This document shows positions 8,956-17,234 of a DNA stretch of 32,700 nucleotides, one piece after another; the first letter of the stretch is position 1; every line of letters begins with the position of its first letter. The position numbers and the translations under genes were made by a program. The DNA lies in contig JBCCLG010000003.1 of NCBI GenBank assembly GCA_039027015.1, positions 1 through 32,700 of the forward strand, read 5' to 3'. The notes beneath the pieces are model-generated. The model saw only the letters and a list, made by a program, of their open reading frames with translations. It made no database searches and had not been told where the DNA came from. This DNA comes from Acidobacteriota bacterium. GTDB lineage: Bacteria; Acidobacteriota; Thermoanaerobaculia; Multivoradales; J023.

Positions 8956-10311
8956 TCAAACGGCCGCGTAGGCGTTGAGCCGGTTGTAGAGGGTCTTGAG
9001 GCTGATCCCCAGCAGGTCGGCGGCCCGCTTCTTATCGCCGTCCACGTCCTCGAGGGTGATCTCGATCAGCTTGCGCTCGGCGTCGGCGATCGACATGCCG
9101 GGCTGCAGCTCGAGCCCGTGGGTGAAGCTGCGGCGGCCCCTCGTGACTTCCGGCGGCAGGCAGCCGGCGTCGACCTCGTCGCCGGCGACGATGAAGGCGC
9201 GCTGCACGGCGTTTCGCAGCTCGCGCACGTTGCCCGGCCATGAATGACCGCACAGCGCCTCGAGGGCGTCGGCGGTGAACTGCTTCTCCACGCTCCCCTC
9301 CCGGCTATGCCCCTCGAGAAAGAACTCGGCGAGCTGCGCGACGTCGGCGCCGCGGGCGCGCAGGGGCGGCATGCGGACCGGAAAGACGTTCAGGCGGTAG
9401 TAGAGGTCCTCGCGCAGCTCGCCCTCGGCCACCGCCTTCTCCGGATCGCGGTTGGTCGCGCCGACGATGCGGACGTCGATCCTCCGCGGCTCGGTGCTGC
9501 CGACCCGGGTCACCTGGCTGGTCTCGAGAACGCGCAGCAGCTTGACCTGCAGCTCCGGCGGCATCTCGGTGACCTCGTCGAGAAAGAGCGTGCCGCCGTC
9601 CGCCTGCTCGAAATACCCCCGGTGCATTCTCTCGGCGCCCGTAAAGGCGCCCTTCTCGTGGCCGAAAAGCTCGCTCTCGATGAGGTTGGCGGCCACCGCG
9701 CCGCAGTTGACGGCCACAAAGGGCTGACGACGCCGGCGCGAGAGGCGGTGCACGGTCTCTGCCGCCAGCTCCTTGCCGGTGCCGCTCTCGCCCACCACCA
9801 GCACGGTGGCGTCGGTGGGCGCTACCTTCTCGAGCAGGTCATAGAGCCGCTGCATCGCCTTGGAGGTGCCCACCATCGATCCGAAGCGACCGAGCTGACG
9901 CAGCTCGCCGCGCAGGCTCGAGATCTCGTTCTTGAGCTCCCGGGTGCGCCCGACGCCGGCCAAAAGCGCCTTGAGGCGGGACTCGTCCAGCGGCTTGGTC
10001 AGGTAGTCGTAGGCGCCGAGTCTCAGAGCCTCCACCGCGGTGGCCACCGACGCGTTGCCGGTGATCATGATCACCTCCACCCCGGCGATCGACCTCGCGT
10101 CGGCCAAAAGCGCCGTGCCTTCGCCGTCGGGCAGATGAAGATCGGCCAGCACCACGTCGGGCTTCCACTCTTCGAGGGCCCGCGTGCCGCCGGCCAAATC
10201 CCTGGCGATGCGGGTCTCAAAACCCTCCATCTCCACCAGCGCCGCCAGCGCGTGCACCGTCGCCTCGTGATCCTCGACCACCAGGACCTTGCCGGAACTC
10301 TTCTCGGTCAT
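8956..10311 (-). CDS. sigma54-dependent response regulator (REC-AAA+-Fis HTH, NtrC family)
   Basis: REC (VVEDH...ADLHLPD...KP), GESGTGKE, GAFTGA, LFLDEV, WPGNVREL, HTH AADLLGISLKTLYNRL; ATG at 10311 overlaps the upstream stop (ATGA). Confidence 0.95.
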   Translation of the reverse strand: MTEKSSGKVLVVEDHEATVHALAALVEMEGFETRIARDLAGGTRALEEWKPDVVLADLHLPDGEGTALLADARSIAGVEVIMITGNASVATAVEALRLGAYDYLTKPLDESRLKALLAGVGRTRELKNEISSLRGELRQLGRFGSMVGTSKAMQRLYDLLEKVAPTDATVLVVGESGTGKELAAETVHRLSRRRRQPFVAVNCGAVAANLIESELFGHEKGAFTGAERMHRGYFEQADGGTLFLDEVTEMPPELQVKLLRVLETSQVTRVGSTEPRRIDVRIVGATNRDPEKAVAEGELREDLYYRLNVFPVRMPPLRARGADVAQLAEFFLEGHSREGSVEKQFTADALEALCGHSWPGNVRELRNAVQRAFIVAGDEVDAGCLPPEVTRGRRSFTHGLELQPGMSIADAERKLIEITLEDVDGDKKRAADLLGISLKTLYNRLNAYAAV

Positions 10312-10946
10312 CGGGACGCCTCGATTCGGATCTCGATTCGGTGATCGCTCGCCCGCACGCGGGCGCCTGAGGGAGACCAGAGGGTCTCGAGCAGCCGCGG
10401 CTCGGGGCGACCCCCGCCCTCGAGGCGGGCGAGCGCGGCGCTCGGGCCTGCGCCGGAGACGGTCAGCAGCACCGGCGACCCGGAGCCTTCGGGCGCCGAA
10501 TCCAGAGCTGCGGAGGCCGTTGCGAGCAGCGCCGAGCCGGCGCCCGGGGCCCAGTCGCCGATCCGCGGCTCGGCCTCGAGACGCCAGGAGCGGTCCCGCT
10601 TGCCGGCCAGGGACTCGAGGAGCGGCTCGGCCGCGCGCAGGCGCCGACAGAGGTCCCTTGGGCCCGCGGGCACTTCCCGCTGCGGGTCCGCCGGCTCGAG
10701 CCAGGAAGCCAGCTCGAAGAGCTTCTCGAGACTCGAGACCTCCTCCTGAACCACCCTCAGCCAGCGGCCGGCCGAAGCGGTGCCGAGGGTGCGCTCGAGC
10801 AGAGTGAGATTGAGCTTGACGGCGTTGAGCGGCGAGCGCAGATCGTGCTCCACGGCCCTCAGCAGGGGCCGCAGGGCCAGCTCGCGGGCGCCGAGCCACG
10901 CGAGATCGACAGGTTCGTGCCGGGAAGGGATATCTGAAAGCGTCAT
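10308..10946 (-). CDS. histidine-kinase-like protein with DHp His motif and degenerate ATPase domain (possible phosphotransferase)
   Basis: EHDLRSPLNAVKLNL H-box; no recognisable N, G1 or G2 boxes; no sensor domain; translationally coupled to the regulator. Confidence 0.75.
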   Translation of the reverse strand: MTLSDIPSRHEPVDLAWLGARELALRPLLRAVEHDLRSPLNAVKLNLTLLERTLGTASAGRWLRVVQEEVSSLEKLFELASWLEPADPQREVPAGPRDLCRRLRAAEPLLESLAGKRDRSWRLEAEPRIGDWAPGAGSALLATASAALDSAPEGSGSPVLLTVSGAGPSAALARLEGGGRPEPRLLETLWSPSGARVRASDHRIEIRIEASR

Positions 10947-10979
10947 GGGGAGACGGAGCCTCCGCGCTGTTGGCTAAAG

Positions 10980-11014
10980 CGGAAGTTTTCCACGCTGCTT
11001 GTAATTCCTGCAAG
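10980..11014. promoter_or_regulatory. tandem enhancer-like palindromes (putative bEBP upstream activating sequence)
   Basis: CGGAA-GTT-TTCCA (10980-10992) and TGTAA-TTC-CTGCA (11000-11012), 20 bp apart; motif recurs at 21209-21241. Confidence 0.6.
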
Positions 11015-11056
11015 CCGGCTTCTCAGAAGACCCTGACCAGCTCGGTTCGCGGCCGT

Positions 11057-11069
11057 CAAATCGTTGAAT
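11057..11069 (-). promoter_or_regulatory. putative IHF site
   Basis: Minus strand ATTCAACGATTTG versus consensus WATCAANNNNTTR (one mismatch), lying between the enhancer and the -24/-12 promoter. Confidence 0.45.
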
Positions 11070-11109
11070 CTATGGGTTTTGTCGAATGTTCGTGCAGCCT
11101 GGCGAAGCA

Positions 11110-11126
11110 CGGCACGGACCGTGCTT
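11110..11126 (+). promoter_or_regulatory. sigma54 -24/-12 promoter
   Basis: CGGCACGGACCGTGCTT = GG-N10-GC with GGCACG, upstream of the hybrid kinase. Confidence 0.65.
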
Positions 11127-11386
11127 ACTCCCCTTTCGTGAACCTCACGACCGGAGACCCCATGAAGCCCTACGACCTGCCCAAAGCGCCTCGAGCGAAA
11201 CCGCGGTCCAGCCGGCAAGCCCTGCGTCTCGCCGACGTCGATCGGTCAGACAGCGGCGGATCGGGCCCGGGTTTGCCCGAGGGGGCGCCGAACCCTGGGT
11301 ACACTGCGCAGAACCGCCGCACCCTGCCCGCGCCCGGAGCCGCTTTGCCCTCGATCGAGTCTTCGGCCGCACGGAGAGCTCCCGCC

Positions 11387-12994
11387 ATGACGCCGCCGAC
11401 TCCGATTCTGAAGATACCCCTCCACGCCGACCAGGACCTCGTTCTGGTGCGCCAGAGAACCCGGCAGATAGCCGGGCTTCTCGGCCTGGACGCCGGCACC
11501 CGGAGCCGGGCGGCAACCGCCGTTTCGGAGATCGCCCGGGTGATCCTGGAGGGCGGGGAGCGAGGGGAGATCGAATTCGCCGTCTGTCCGGGCGCCGCCG
11601 CGGACGATCTTGGGATCCGCGCGCATGGAGACGGCCCGGACGTCACAAGTTTCGACGAGAGTCTTCGCGACGTCCGCGAGCTCGCCGACGCCGCCGAAAT
11701 CCATCGCGCTTCGAGCGGCGCTCCCCGCGTCGAGATGCGATGGAGGCTCGGCCACACCGTCACGCGCCAGGCTCTCGACGAGCTGCGGGACAGGCTCCAC
11801 CAAGAGCCGCCGGGCAGCGCCTTCACCGAAGTGCAGCAGCAGCATCAGGAGCTGCTGCACGCCCAGAAAGCGCTGGCCCACGCCCGCCGCGAGCTGGCCA
11901 GCGCCGACCGCTCGAAGGATCGATTCATGGCGATGCTCGGCCACGAGCTGCGCAATCTCCTGAACGCCCTGCACAGCGGTCTCGAGGTGCTCAAGCGCGA
12001 TCCGCCGCCGGCGCTCCAGGCGCGCATGCAGAACCTGGCGATCGGCCAGACCGAGCACCTGCGGCGGCTGATCGACGATCTGCTCGACGCCTCTCAGATC
12101 CAGCGCGGCCAGCTCGAGGTGCGGGCCCTGGCGCTCGATCTAACCCGCGAGGTCGAAGCGCTGCTCGAGTCGTGGCACGGCGAGGTCTCGCGGGCCGGCC
12201 TCCGTCTGCGCATCGAGCGGCCGGCCGAGATTCTCTGGGCCCGGGCCGACCCGACCCGCCTGGCGCAAATCGTCGGCAACCTGCTCTCGAACGCCTGCAA
12301 ATTCACCGACCCGGGAGGCGAGATCGTGGTCCGGATCGAGGAGTCCGGCGACCGGGTGCGGCTGACCGTGGCGGACACCGGATGCGGCATGGAGCCGGAC
12401 GCGCTGGAGAAGGTCTTCGAGCCCTTCGCGCAGACTTCAGAAGCCAAGAAGCGCATGACCGGCGGGCTCGGCCTGGGCCTGGCGATCGTCCGCGGCCTGG
12501 TGGAGAGTCACGGCGGCGCCATGCGCGCGGAGAGCGACGGCCCCGGGCACGGCACGCGCTTTCTCGTCGAGCTGCCGAGGGTCGAGGAGCCCCAGGAAGA
12601 AACGATGCTGATCCCGGTGGCCGAGCCCGAGGGGCTCAAGATCCTGCTGGTGGACGACCACCGAGCCTCGGTGGAGGGCCTGGCCGAGCTGCTGCGCCTC
12701 GAGGGCCACGAGGTGGAGGTCGCTCTCGACGGGCCACAGGCCCTCGAGATCCACGCCCGCATGACGCCGGACATCATGCTGTGCGATCTCGGCCTGCCGG
12801 GCATGGACGGCTACGAGGTGGCGCGGCTTCTGCGCAGCTCGGAGGACGGCGAGGCCCTGCGCCTTCTCGCGCTTTCGGGCTTCGCCGACCCCGAGGCTAA
12901 AAACCGGGCGATCGAGGCCGGCTTCGACGCCCACCTGAGCAAGCCGGTCAACGTGGTCGAGCTGATCCAGCGCCTGCACGCCGAGGAGGGCTGA
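11387..12994 (+). CDS. hybrid histidine kinase (RsbT-like N-terminal domain, HisKA, HATPase, REC)
   Basis: DLVLVRQRTRQIA..LG.....ATAVSEIAR (RsbT-like); GHELRN; NLLSNACKFT, DTGCGM, GLGLGL; REC with CDLGLPGMDG and SKPV; alternative in-frame ATG with RBS at 11162. Confidence 0.92.
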   Translation: MTPPTPILKIPLHADQDLVLVRQRTRQIAGLLGLDAGTRSRAATAVSEIARVILEGGERGEIEFAVCPGAAADDLGIRAHGDGPDVTSFDESLRDVRELADAAEIHRASSGAPRVEMRWRLGHTVTRQALDELRDRLHQEPPGSAFTEVQQQHQELLHAQKALAHARRELASADRSKDRFMAMLGHELRNLLNALHSGLEVLKRDPPPALQARMQNLAIGQTEHLRRLIDDLLDASQIQRGQLEVRALALDLTREVEALLESWHGEVSRAGLRLRIERPAEILWARADPTRLAQIVGNLLSNACKFTDPGGEIVVRIEESGDRVRLTVADTGCGMEPDALEKVFEPFAQTSEAKKRMTGGLGLGLAIVRGLVESHGGAMRAESDGPGHGTRFLVELPRVEEPQEETMLIPVAEPEGLKILLVDDHRASVEGLAELLRLEGHEVEVALDGPQALEIHARMTPDIMLCDLGLPGMDGYEVARLLRSSEDGEALRLLALSGFADPEAKNRAIEAGFDAHLSKPVNVVELIQRLHAEEG

Positions 12995-13002
12995 GCCGCC
13001 GG

Positions 13003-14199
13003 TCATAGGGTCAGCAGGCCGCTGGCCAGAAGGCCGGCCAGAAGCCCCGCGCCGCCGCTGACGCCGCCGAGCACCAGGCCGAAGAGGGCCCGCCGCCGCC
13101 GGATCTCGAGGCGCTGGGCCACCGCCTCGGCGCAGCCGTCTTCCTCGGCCACAAAGCGGCCCTCGAGGATCTTCGGCAGCCACCCGAGGTAGATCGTCGC
13201 CATCGTCGCCAAGAACGTCAGGTAGACGGCCACCGGTCCGAGCCAGTGGGCGCGCAGGGGCGGCGCCATAAAGCCCAGGCAGCCCACGGTCACGGCGAGA
13301 AGAGCCGAGGCTCGGAGCCTTTTCAGCTGGTGCCTCTCGGCCTCGCTGCGGGCGGCCTCGAGGTCGCGGCGCAGACCCAGCACCACGCCCGCGGCGCCGC
13401 CGAGCCAGCCCACGGCCGCGCCGCCTCCGAGGATCAGGAGTTTTTGGACCCAGCCGGCGTGGCCGGAGGCGCCCGCGAGGGCCGCGGCGGCGGCCGTCGG
13501 CGCCGAGGCCGTGGCCGCCAGAACCGAGGCGGTAAACGCCGCCCCCGGCGCGCTCTTTCTGGCCAGCTCGGCGAAGCGCTCCAGCATTTCCGCGCGCAGG
13601 CCGGCGCGGGCGCGCTGCAGGCGTTTTCTCACCGCGGCCTCCGAGAGCCCGAGGAGTGAAGCCACCTGGCGGGTCGAGCGACCCTCACGGTAGAAGAGCA
13701 CCATGACCTCCCGAGACTCGTCGGGCATGGCTTCGAGGGCCTGGGCGAGAATCGCCTCGCGCTCTCGGCCGAGCAGCGCGCCCTCCGGGCCCAGGGCCGG
13801 GTCGGCGGCGCGCTCGACGCTGGACTCGGCGGCGCCTTGGGTCTCGAGATCGCCGGACTCAAGATCGCCGGGCCCGGCGATCAGGCGGGCTCGCGTGCGC
13901 CCGTCGCGCACCCAGGTTCGCGCCGTGAGGCGAGCGATCTGCCGCACCCACGGCAGGAAGCTCGCCGGGTTTTCAAGCTCCGGCAGCCGGCGCCACGCGG
14001 TGAGAAAAACATCCTGGGCGATATCTTCGCTCGCCGCCACGTCGCGGCTAATGGCGAGGGTGATCGCGGTCACCGAGCCCTTGGCGGCGTCCACCAGACG
14101 CCGGAATGCGCTGCCGTCGGCTCGGGCCGCGGCCTTGACGAAGGGGACCAGCTCCATCTCGAGGGGCAGGGGGTTCGAGGCGGCGGCGGCGGCGCTCAT
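13003..14199 (-). CDS. ECF sigma factor with C-terminal transmembrane extension (RfaY-like)
   Basis: Region 2 SEDIAQDVFLTAWRRL..L..PASFLPWVRQIAR; region 4 LFYREGRSTRQVASLLGLSEAAVRKRLQRAR; about four C-terminal TM segments; resembles Xanthomonas RfaY from memory. Confidence 0.88.
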   Translation of the reverse strand: MSAAAAASNPLPLEMELVPFVKAAARADGSAFRRLVDAAKGSVTAITLAISRDVAASEDIAQDVFLTAWRRLPELENPASFLPWVRQIARLTARTWVRDGRTRARLIAGPGDLESGDLETQGAAESSVERAADPALGPEGALLGREREAILAQALEAMPDESREVMVLFYREGRSTRQVASLLGLSEAAVRKRLQRARAGLRAEMLERFAELARKSAPGAAFTASVLAATASAPTAAAAALAGASGHAGWVQKLLILGGGAAVGWLGGAAGVVLGLRRDLEAARSEAERHQLKRLRASALLAVTVGCLGFMAPPLRAHWLGPVAVYLTFLATMATIYLGWLPKILEGRFVAEEDGCAEAVAQRLEIRRRRALFGLVLGGVSGGAGLLAGLLASGLLTL

Positions 14200-15200
14200 C
14201 GGCCCTCTCCCGCGCCCGCCTCGAGGTGCTCCAGGGTCAGCTCCAAAAAGCGCTCCGGCGCGTCGAGCATCACGAAGTGGCGCGTGCCGGCGATCATCTC
14301 GACCCGGGCGTTCGGCGCCTTCGCGACCTGCTGGCGGTAGCGCCCGATAAGCTCTTCCGTCGCCTCCTCGGTGGTCGCCGCGGCGCCCGCCGCGAGCATC
14401 AGCACGGGGCTGCGCACCTGCTCGAGAAGAGGCCGCAGATCGCGGGTCATGAGATCGTGAACCGCCCGGGCCACGGTGCTCGGGTCGCTGCCCTTGGAGG
14501 CCTCCGCGATCCGCTTGGCCACGGCCGGATCGCTGATCATGGTGCCCAGGGTGAAGGCGGTTTGTCGATCGTAGGCCTCGGGGGTCATGCCCTCGAGCAT
14601 GCCACGCATGCCGTCGGCGGCCTCGCGCGAGCTCTCCACCGTCGCTCCCGGGTTCTGCAGCGCCGGCAGGAAGGCCACGCCGTCCACCGCCACGATGGGG
14701 CCGAAAAGCTCGGGCTCGCTAGCGCCGAGCCAGAGGGAGAGAGTGGCGCCCAGGCTGTGCCCCACTAGGGCCGGGCGTTCGGCCCGCTCCCCGCCCGAGG
14801 TCGCGAGCTGCCGGGCGTAGGCCGCCAGCTCGCGGCGCACCCGTGGCAGGAACTCGCCCTCGACCGGCGGCTCACCGGCGAAGCCGGCGAGGGTGAAAAG
14901 GTGAGCCTCATAGCCCTCCTCGACGAGAGCGCGGGCGGCTTCGTCCCACACCGAGCCGGGGCTGCCGAGACCGGGAATCATCAGGACCGCCCGGCGCCTC
15001 TCGCCGCGGGCGGCCGCGCCGGAGCCCTCGCTGGCGCCCTGAGGGGCGATGACGCGCACCGAAAAGGCGCGCTCCGCGGCCGGCTCGGCGAGGCTCGGCG
15101 AAGCGAGGAGCGCGGCGGCGGCCAGGCAGGGGAGGGCGCGCGAGCGAAGACGGCGGATGGATCGAGAGAAACGGGGGGATAAGGCTGCGAGAGAGGTCAT
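14196..15200 (-). CDS. secreted alpha/beta hydrolase
   Basis: IPGLGS oxyanion motif, GHSLG nucleophile elbow, RHFVMLD catalytic His; signal peptide; AGGAG RBS; ATGA overlap with the ECF gene. Confidence 0.88.
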   Translation of the reverse strand: MTSLAALSPRFSRSIRRLRSRALPCLAAAALLASPSLAEPAAERAFSVRVIAPQGASEGSGAAARGERRRAVLMIPGLGSPGSVWDEAARALVEEGYEAHLFTLAGFAGEPPVEGEFLPRVRRELAAYARQLATSGGERAERPALVGHSLGATLSLWLGASEPELFGPIVAVDGVAFLPALQNPGATVESSREAADGMRGMLEGMTPEAYDRQTAFTLGTMISDPAVAKRIAEASKGSDPSTVARAVHDLMTRDLRPLLEQVRSPVLMLAAGAAATTEEATEELIGRYRQQVAKAPNARVEMIAGTRHFVMLDAPERFLELTLEHLEAGAGEGR

Positions 15201-15270
15201 CTTTCGAGGCTCCTGAAGGTGTTGAGAAAGGTCTAGCCGATGCAAGAGGGCGCGCTCTCCTGATGACCCC

Positions 15271-15298
15271 AAGTGGCGCCAGGCCGAAAAATGTGACC
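15271..15298 (-). promoter_or_regulatory. possible ECF-type promoter for the hydrolase-sigma operon
   Basis: Minus strand GGTCACA-N15-CCACTT about 70 nt upstream of the start; GTCACA is an ECF-like -35. Confidence 0.3.
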
Positions 15299-15383
15299 GG
15301 CCGCTTGCCTTTTTCGCTATTTTTTTCAGGATCCGCCGCACGCTTCAGCTGGGCTCTCGAGCTGCGAGAGCTCCTCGGTCGAG

Positions 15384-15662
15384 GTGCTGGGCCCGGATCT
15401 ACTTCCCCTCGAGGCGGATCTACCCAGCGTTCTCGGCGACTCCGGCCTCGAGCTGACGCGCCGAGCGGGGAGAGCGGCGGACGGACCCCCTCGAAGGCCG
15501 CGGCTCGACACCCCGGACGGCGCGCCTAGGGTCCTGTGGCTCGAGCCGCGGCAGGAGGGCCTCGGCACGGAGATTCTCTACCTCGAGAAGGGCGTTCCCT
15601 CTAGCTTCGAAATCGCGCGCTCGGCCCGGCGATTTCGTCTCGAGGTGCGCGGCGGGCGCTGA
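15384..15662 (+). CDS. possible small hypothetical protein or gene remnant
   Basis: C-terminal half looks protein-like (VLWLEP...EILYLEKG...FRLEV) and fills an intergenic gap; no clear RBS. Confidence 0.3.
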   Translation: MLGPDLLPLEADLPSVLGDSGLELTRRAGRAADGPPRRPRLDTPDGAPRVLWLEPRQEGLGTEILYLEKGVPSSFEIARSARRFRLEVRGGR

Positions 15663-15714
15663 CCTGCCCCTCGAGGCGAGGGAAAAGCGGAGCAGAGGGG
15701 ACCGGCGACCCGGA

Positions 15715-16083
15715 TCAGCGGTCGTCAGCCCATCCGGCCTCTTCTTGCCAGCGCGGTTCCGCGGTGCTTTCAAAGGCCAGGGTGGTCGCGCGCACCCCGA
15801 TCGCCACCAAGATGCCGGAAAGAATCAGGCCCATCAGCACGATCAAGACCGCCAGCAGCTTAGAGCCGCGCTGTTTGGGCGTCAGGTCACCGTAGCCCAC
15901 GGTGGTGCCGGTGATGAAGGACCAGTACAGGGCGTCGAAGAGCGGCCACCCCTCTTTTTTGCCGACCACGGCGCCGAGGCCGAAGATCAGGAGATTGAGG
16001 CAGAAGAGCACCGGTGCGACGAGGTAGAGGCCGACGGCCAGGGCCTCGGCGAAGATCAGCAGAAACTCGAGGGTGCTCTCCAT
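15715..16083 (-). CDS. two-TM potassium channel family protein (Ion_trans_2)
   Basis: DALYWSFITGTTVGYGDLTP pore helix and selectivity filter flanked by TM helices. Confidence 0.9.
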   Translation of the reverse strand: MESTLEFLLIFAEALAVGLYLVAPVLFCLNLLIFGLGAVVGKKEGWPLFDALYWSFITGTTVGYGDLTPKQRGSKLLAVLIVLMGLILSGILVAIGVRATTLAFESTAEPRWQEEAGWADDR

Positions 16084-16101
16084 GCCTCACTCAAGGGGAG
16101 T

Positions 16102-17127
16102 TCACGGCTCGGGACCGATCTGCACGATCAGCTTGCCCTTATTGCTGCCGTCGAACAGGCGCAGCAGGGCCTGGGGCGCGTTCTCGAGGCCGTCCATGAT
16201 GTCGTAGCGCCCCTCGAGCTTGCCCTCGGCGACCCATCGGCCGAGCTGCTGCAGGGCCTCCGGGTACTTCTTGGCGAAGTCGAAGACGATAAAGCCCTCG
16301 ACCCGCGCTCGGTTGATCAGGATCGAGAGATAGTTATAGGGCCCCGGCACCGGCTCGGTCGCGTTGTATTGGGAGATGGCGCCGCAGAACGGCACCCGCG
16401 CCTTGAAGTTCAGAAGCCCCAGGCAGACGTCGAGAATCGTTCCGCCGACGTTGTCGAAATACACGTCGATACCCTTGGGGCAGGCCGCCTTGAGCGCCTT
16501 GGGCAGGTCGTCCTTCTTGTAGTCGACGGCGGCGTCAAAGCCCAGCTCTTCGGTCAGCAGGGCGCACTTTTCCGGCCCGCCGGCGATGCCGACCACGCGG
16601 CAGCCGCGGATTTTGGCGATCTGGCCGACCACCGAGCCGACGGCGCCGGCCGCCGCCGAAACCACCACGGTCTCCCCGGCCTGGGGCGCGCCGATTTCGA
16701 GCAGGCCGAAATACGCGGTGAGCCCCGTCATGCCCAGGGGACCGAGAAAGAGGGGCAGAGGCTGACCCTTGGGAACCTTCTGGACCTCCTTGGGATGGGC
16801 GAGGGCATAGCTCTGCCAGCCGAGGGAACCCGAGACCAGATCGCCCTCGGCAAATCCGTCGGCGCTCGAGCTCACGACTTCGCCGAGGGTCAGGCCGCGC
16901 ATCACGTCGCCGAGCTGAATCGGCTCGATGTAGGACTTGCGCTCGGTCATCCAGCCGCGCATCGCGGGGTCGAGGGAGAGGTAGATATTGCGCACCAGGA
17001 TCTGACCTTCGGCGGGCTCGGGCACCGCGCCTCGGGTGGTCTCGAAGTCGCTGGCCTTGGGCAGTCCCTCGGGGCGTGCGGCAAGGCGAATCTGCACGTT
17101 TTCGGTGGGTGTTGCGGTCTCGGTCAT
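16102..17127 (-). CDS. NADP-dependent oxidoreductase (CurA/prostaglandin reductase MDR family)
   Basis: LAARPEGLP, YLSLDPAMRGWM, GMTGLTAYFGL, SAAAGAVGS, YFDNVGG, CGAISQYN; GGAG RBS before ATG 17127. Confidence 0.92.
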   Translation of the reverse strand: MTETATPTENVQIRLAARPEGLPKASDFETTRGAVPEPAEGQILVRNIYLSLDPAMRGWMTERKSYIEPIQLGDVMRGLTLGEVVSSSADGFAEGDLVSGSLGWQSYALAHPKEVQKVPKGQPLPLFLGPLGMTGLTAYFGLLEIGAPQAGETVVVSAAAGAVGSVVGQIAKIRGCRVVGIAGGPEKCALLTEELGFDAAVDYKKDDLPKALKAACPKGIDVYFDNVGGTILDVCLGLLNFKARVPFCGAISQYNATEPVPGPYNYLSILINRARVEGFIVFDFAKKYPEALQQLGRWVAEGKLEGRYDIMDGLENAPQALLRLFDGSNKGKLIVQIGPEP

Positions 17128-17234
17128 CTCGGTCTCCACTCTAGGGTTTCCATGCGGGACGGCCACGGCGAAGGGAAAGAGCGTATCGCGGCGGCGGTGG
17201 TTGTCTGTCGAGGGCGTCTCGGCGCCCTCGTCCA

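Noticed and set aside
10312-11013. 685-aa version of the sigma54 regulator
   Set aside because: The extension is Arg/Pro/Ala-rich off-frame translation overlapping the pseudokinase; the REC domain starts at 10311 with an ATGA coupling
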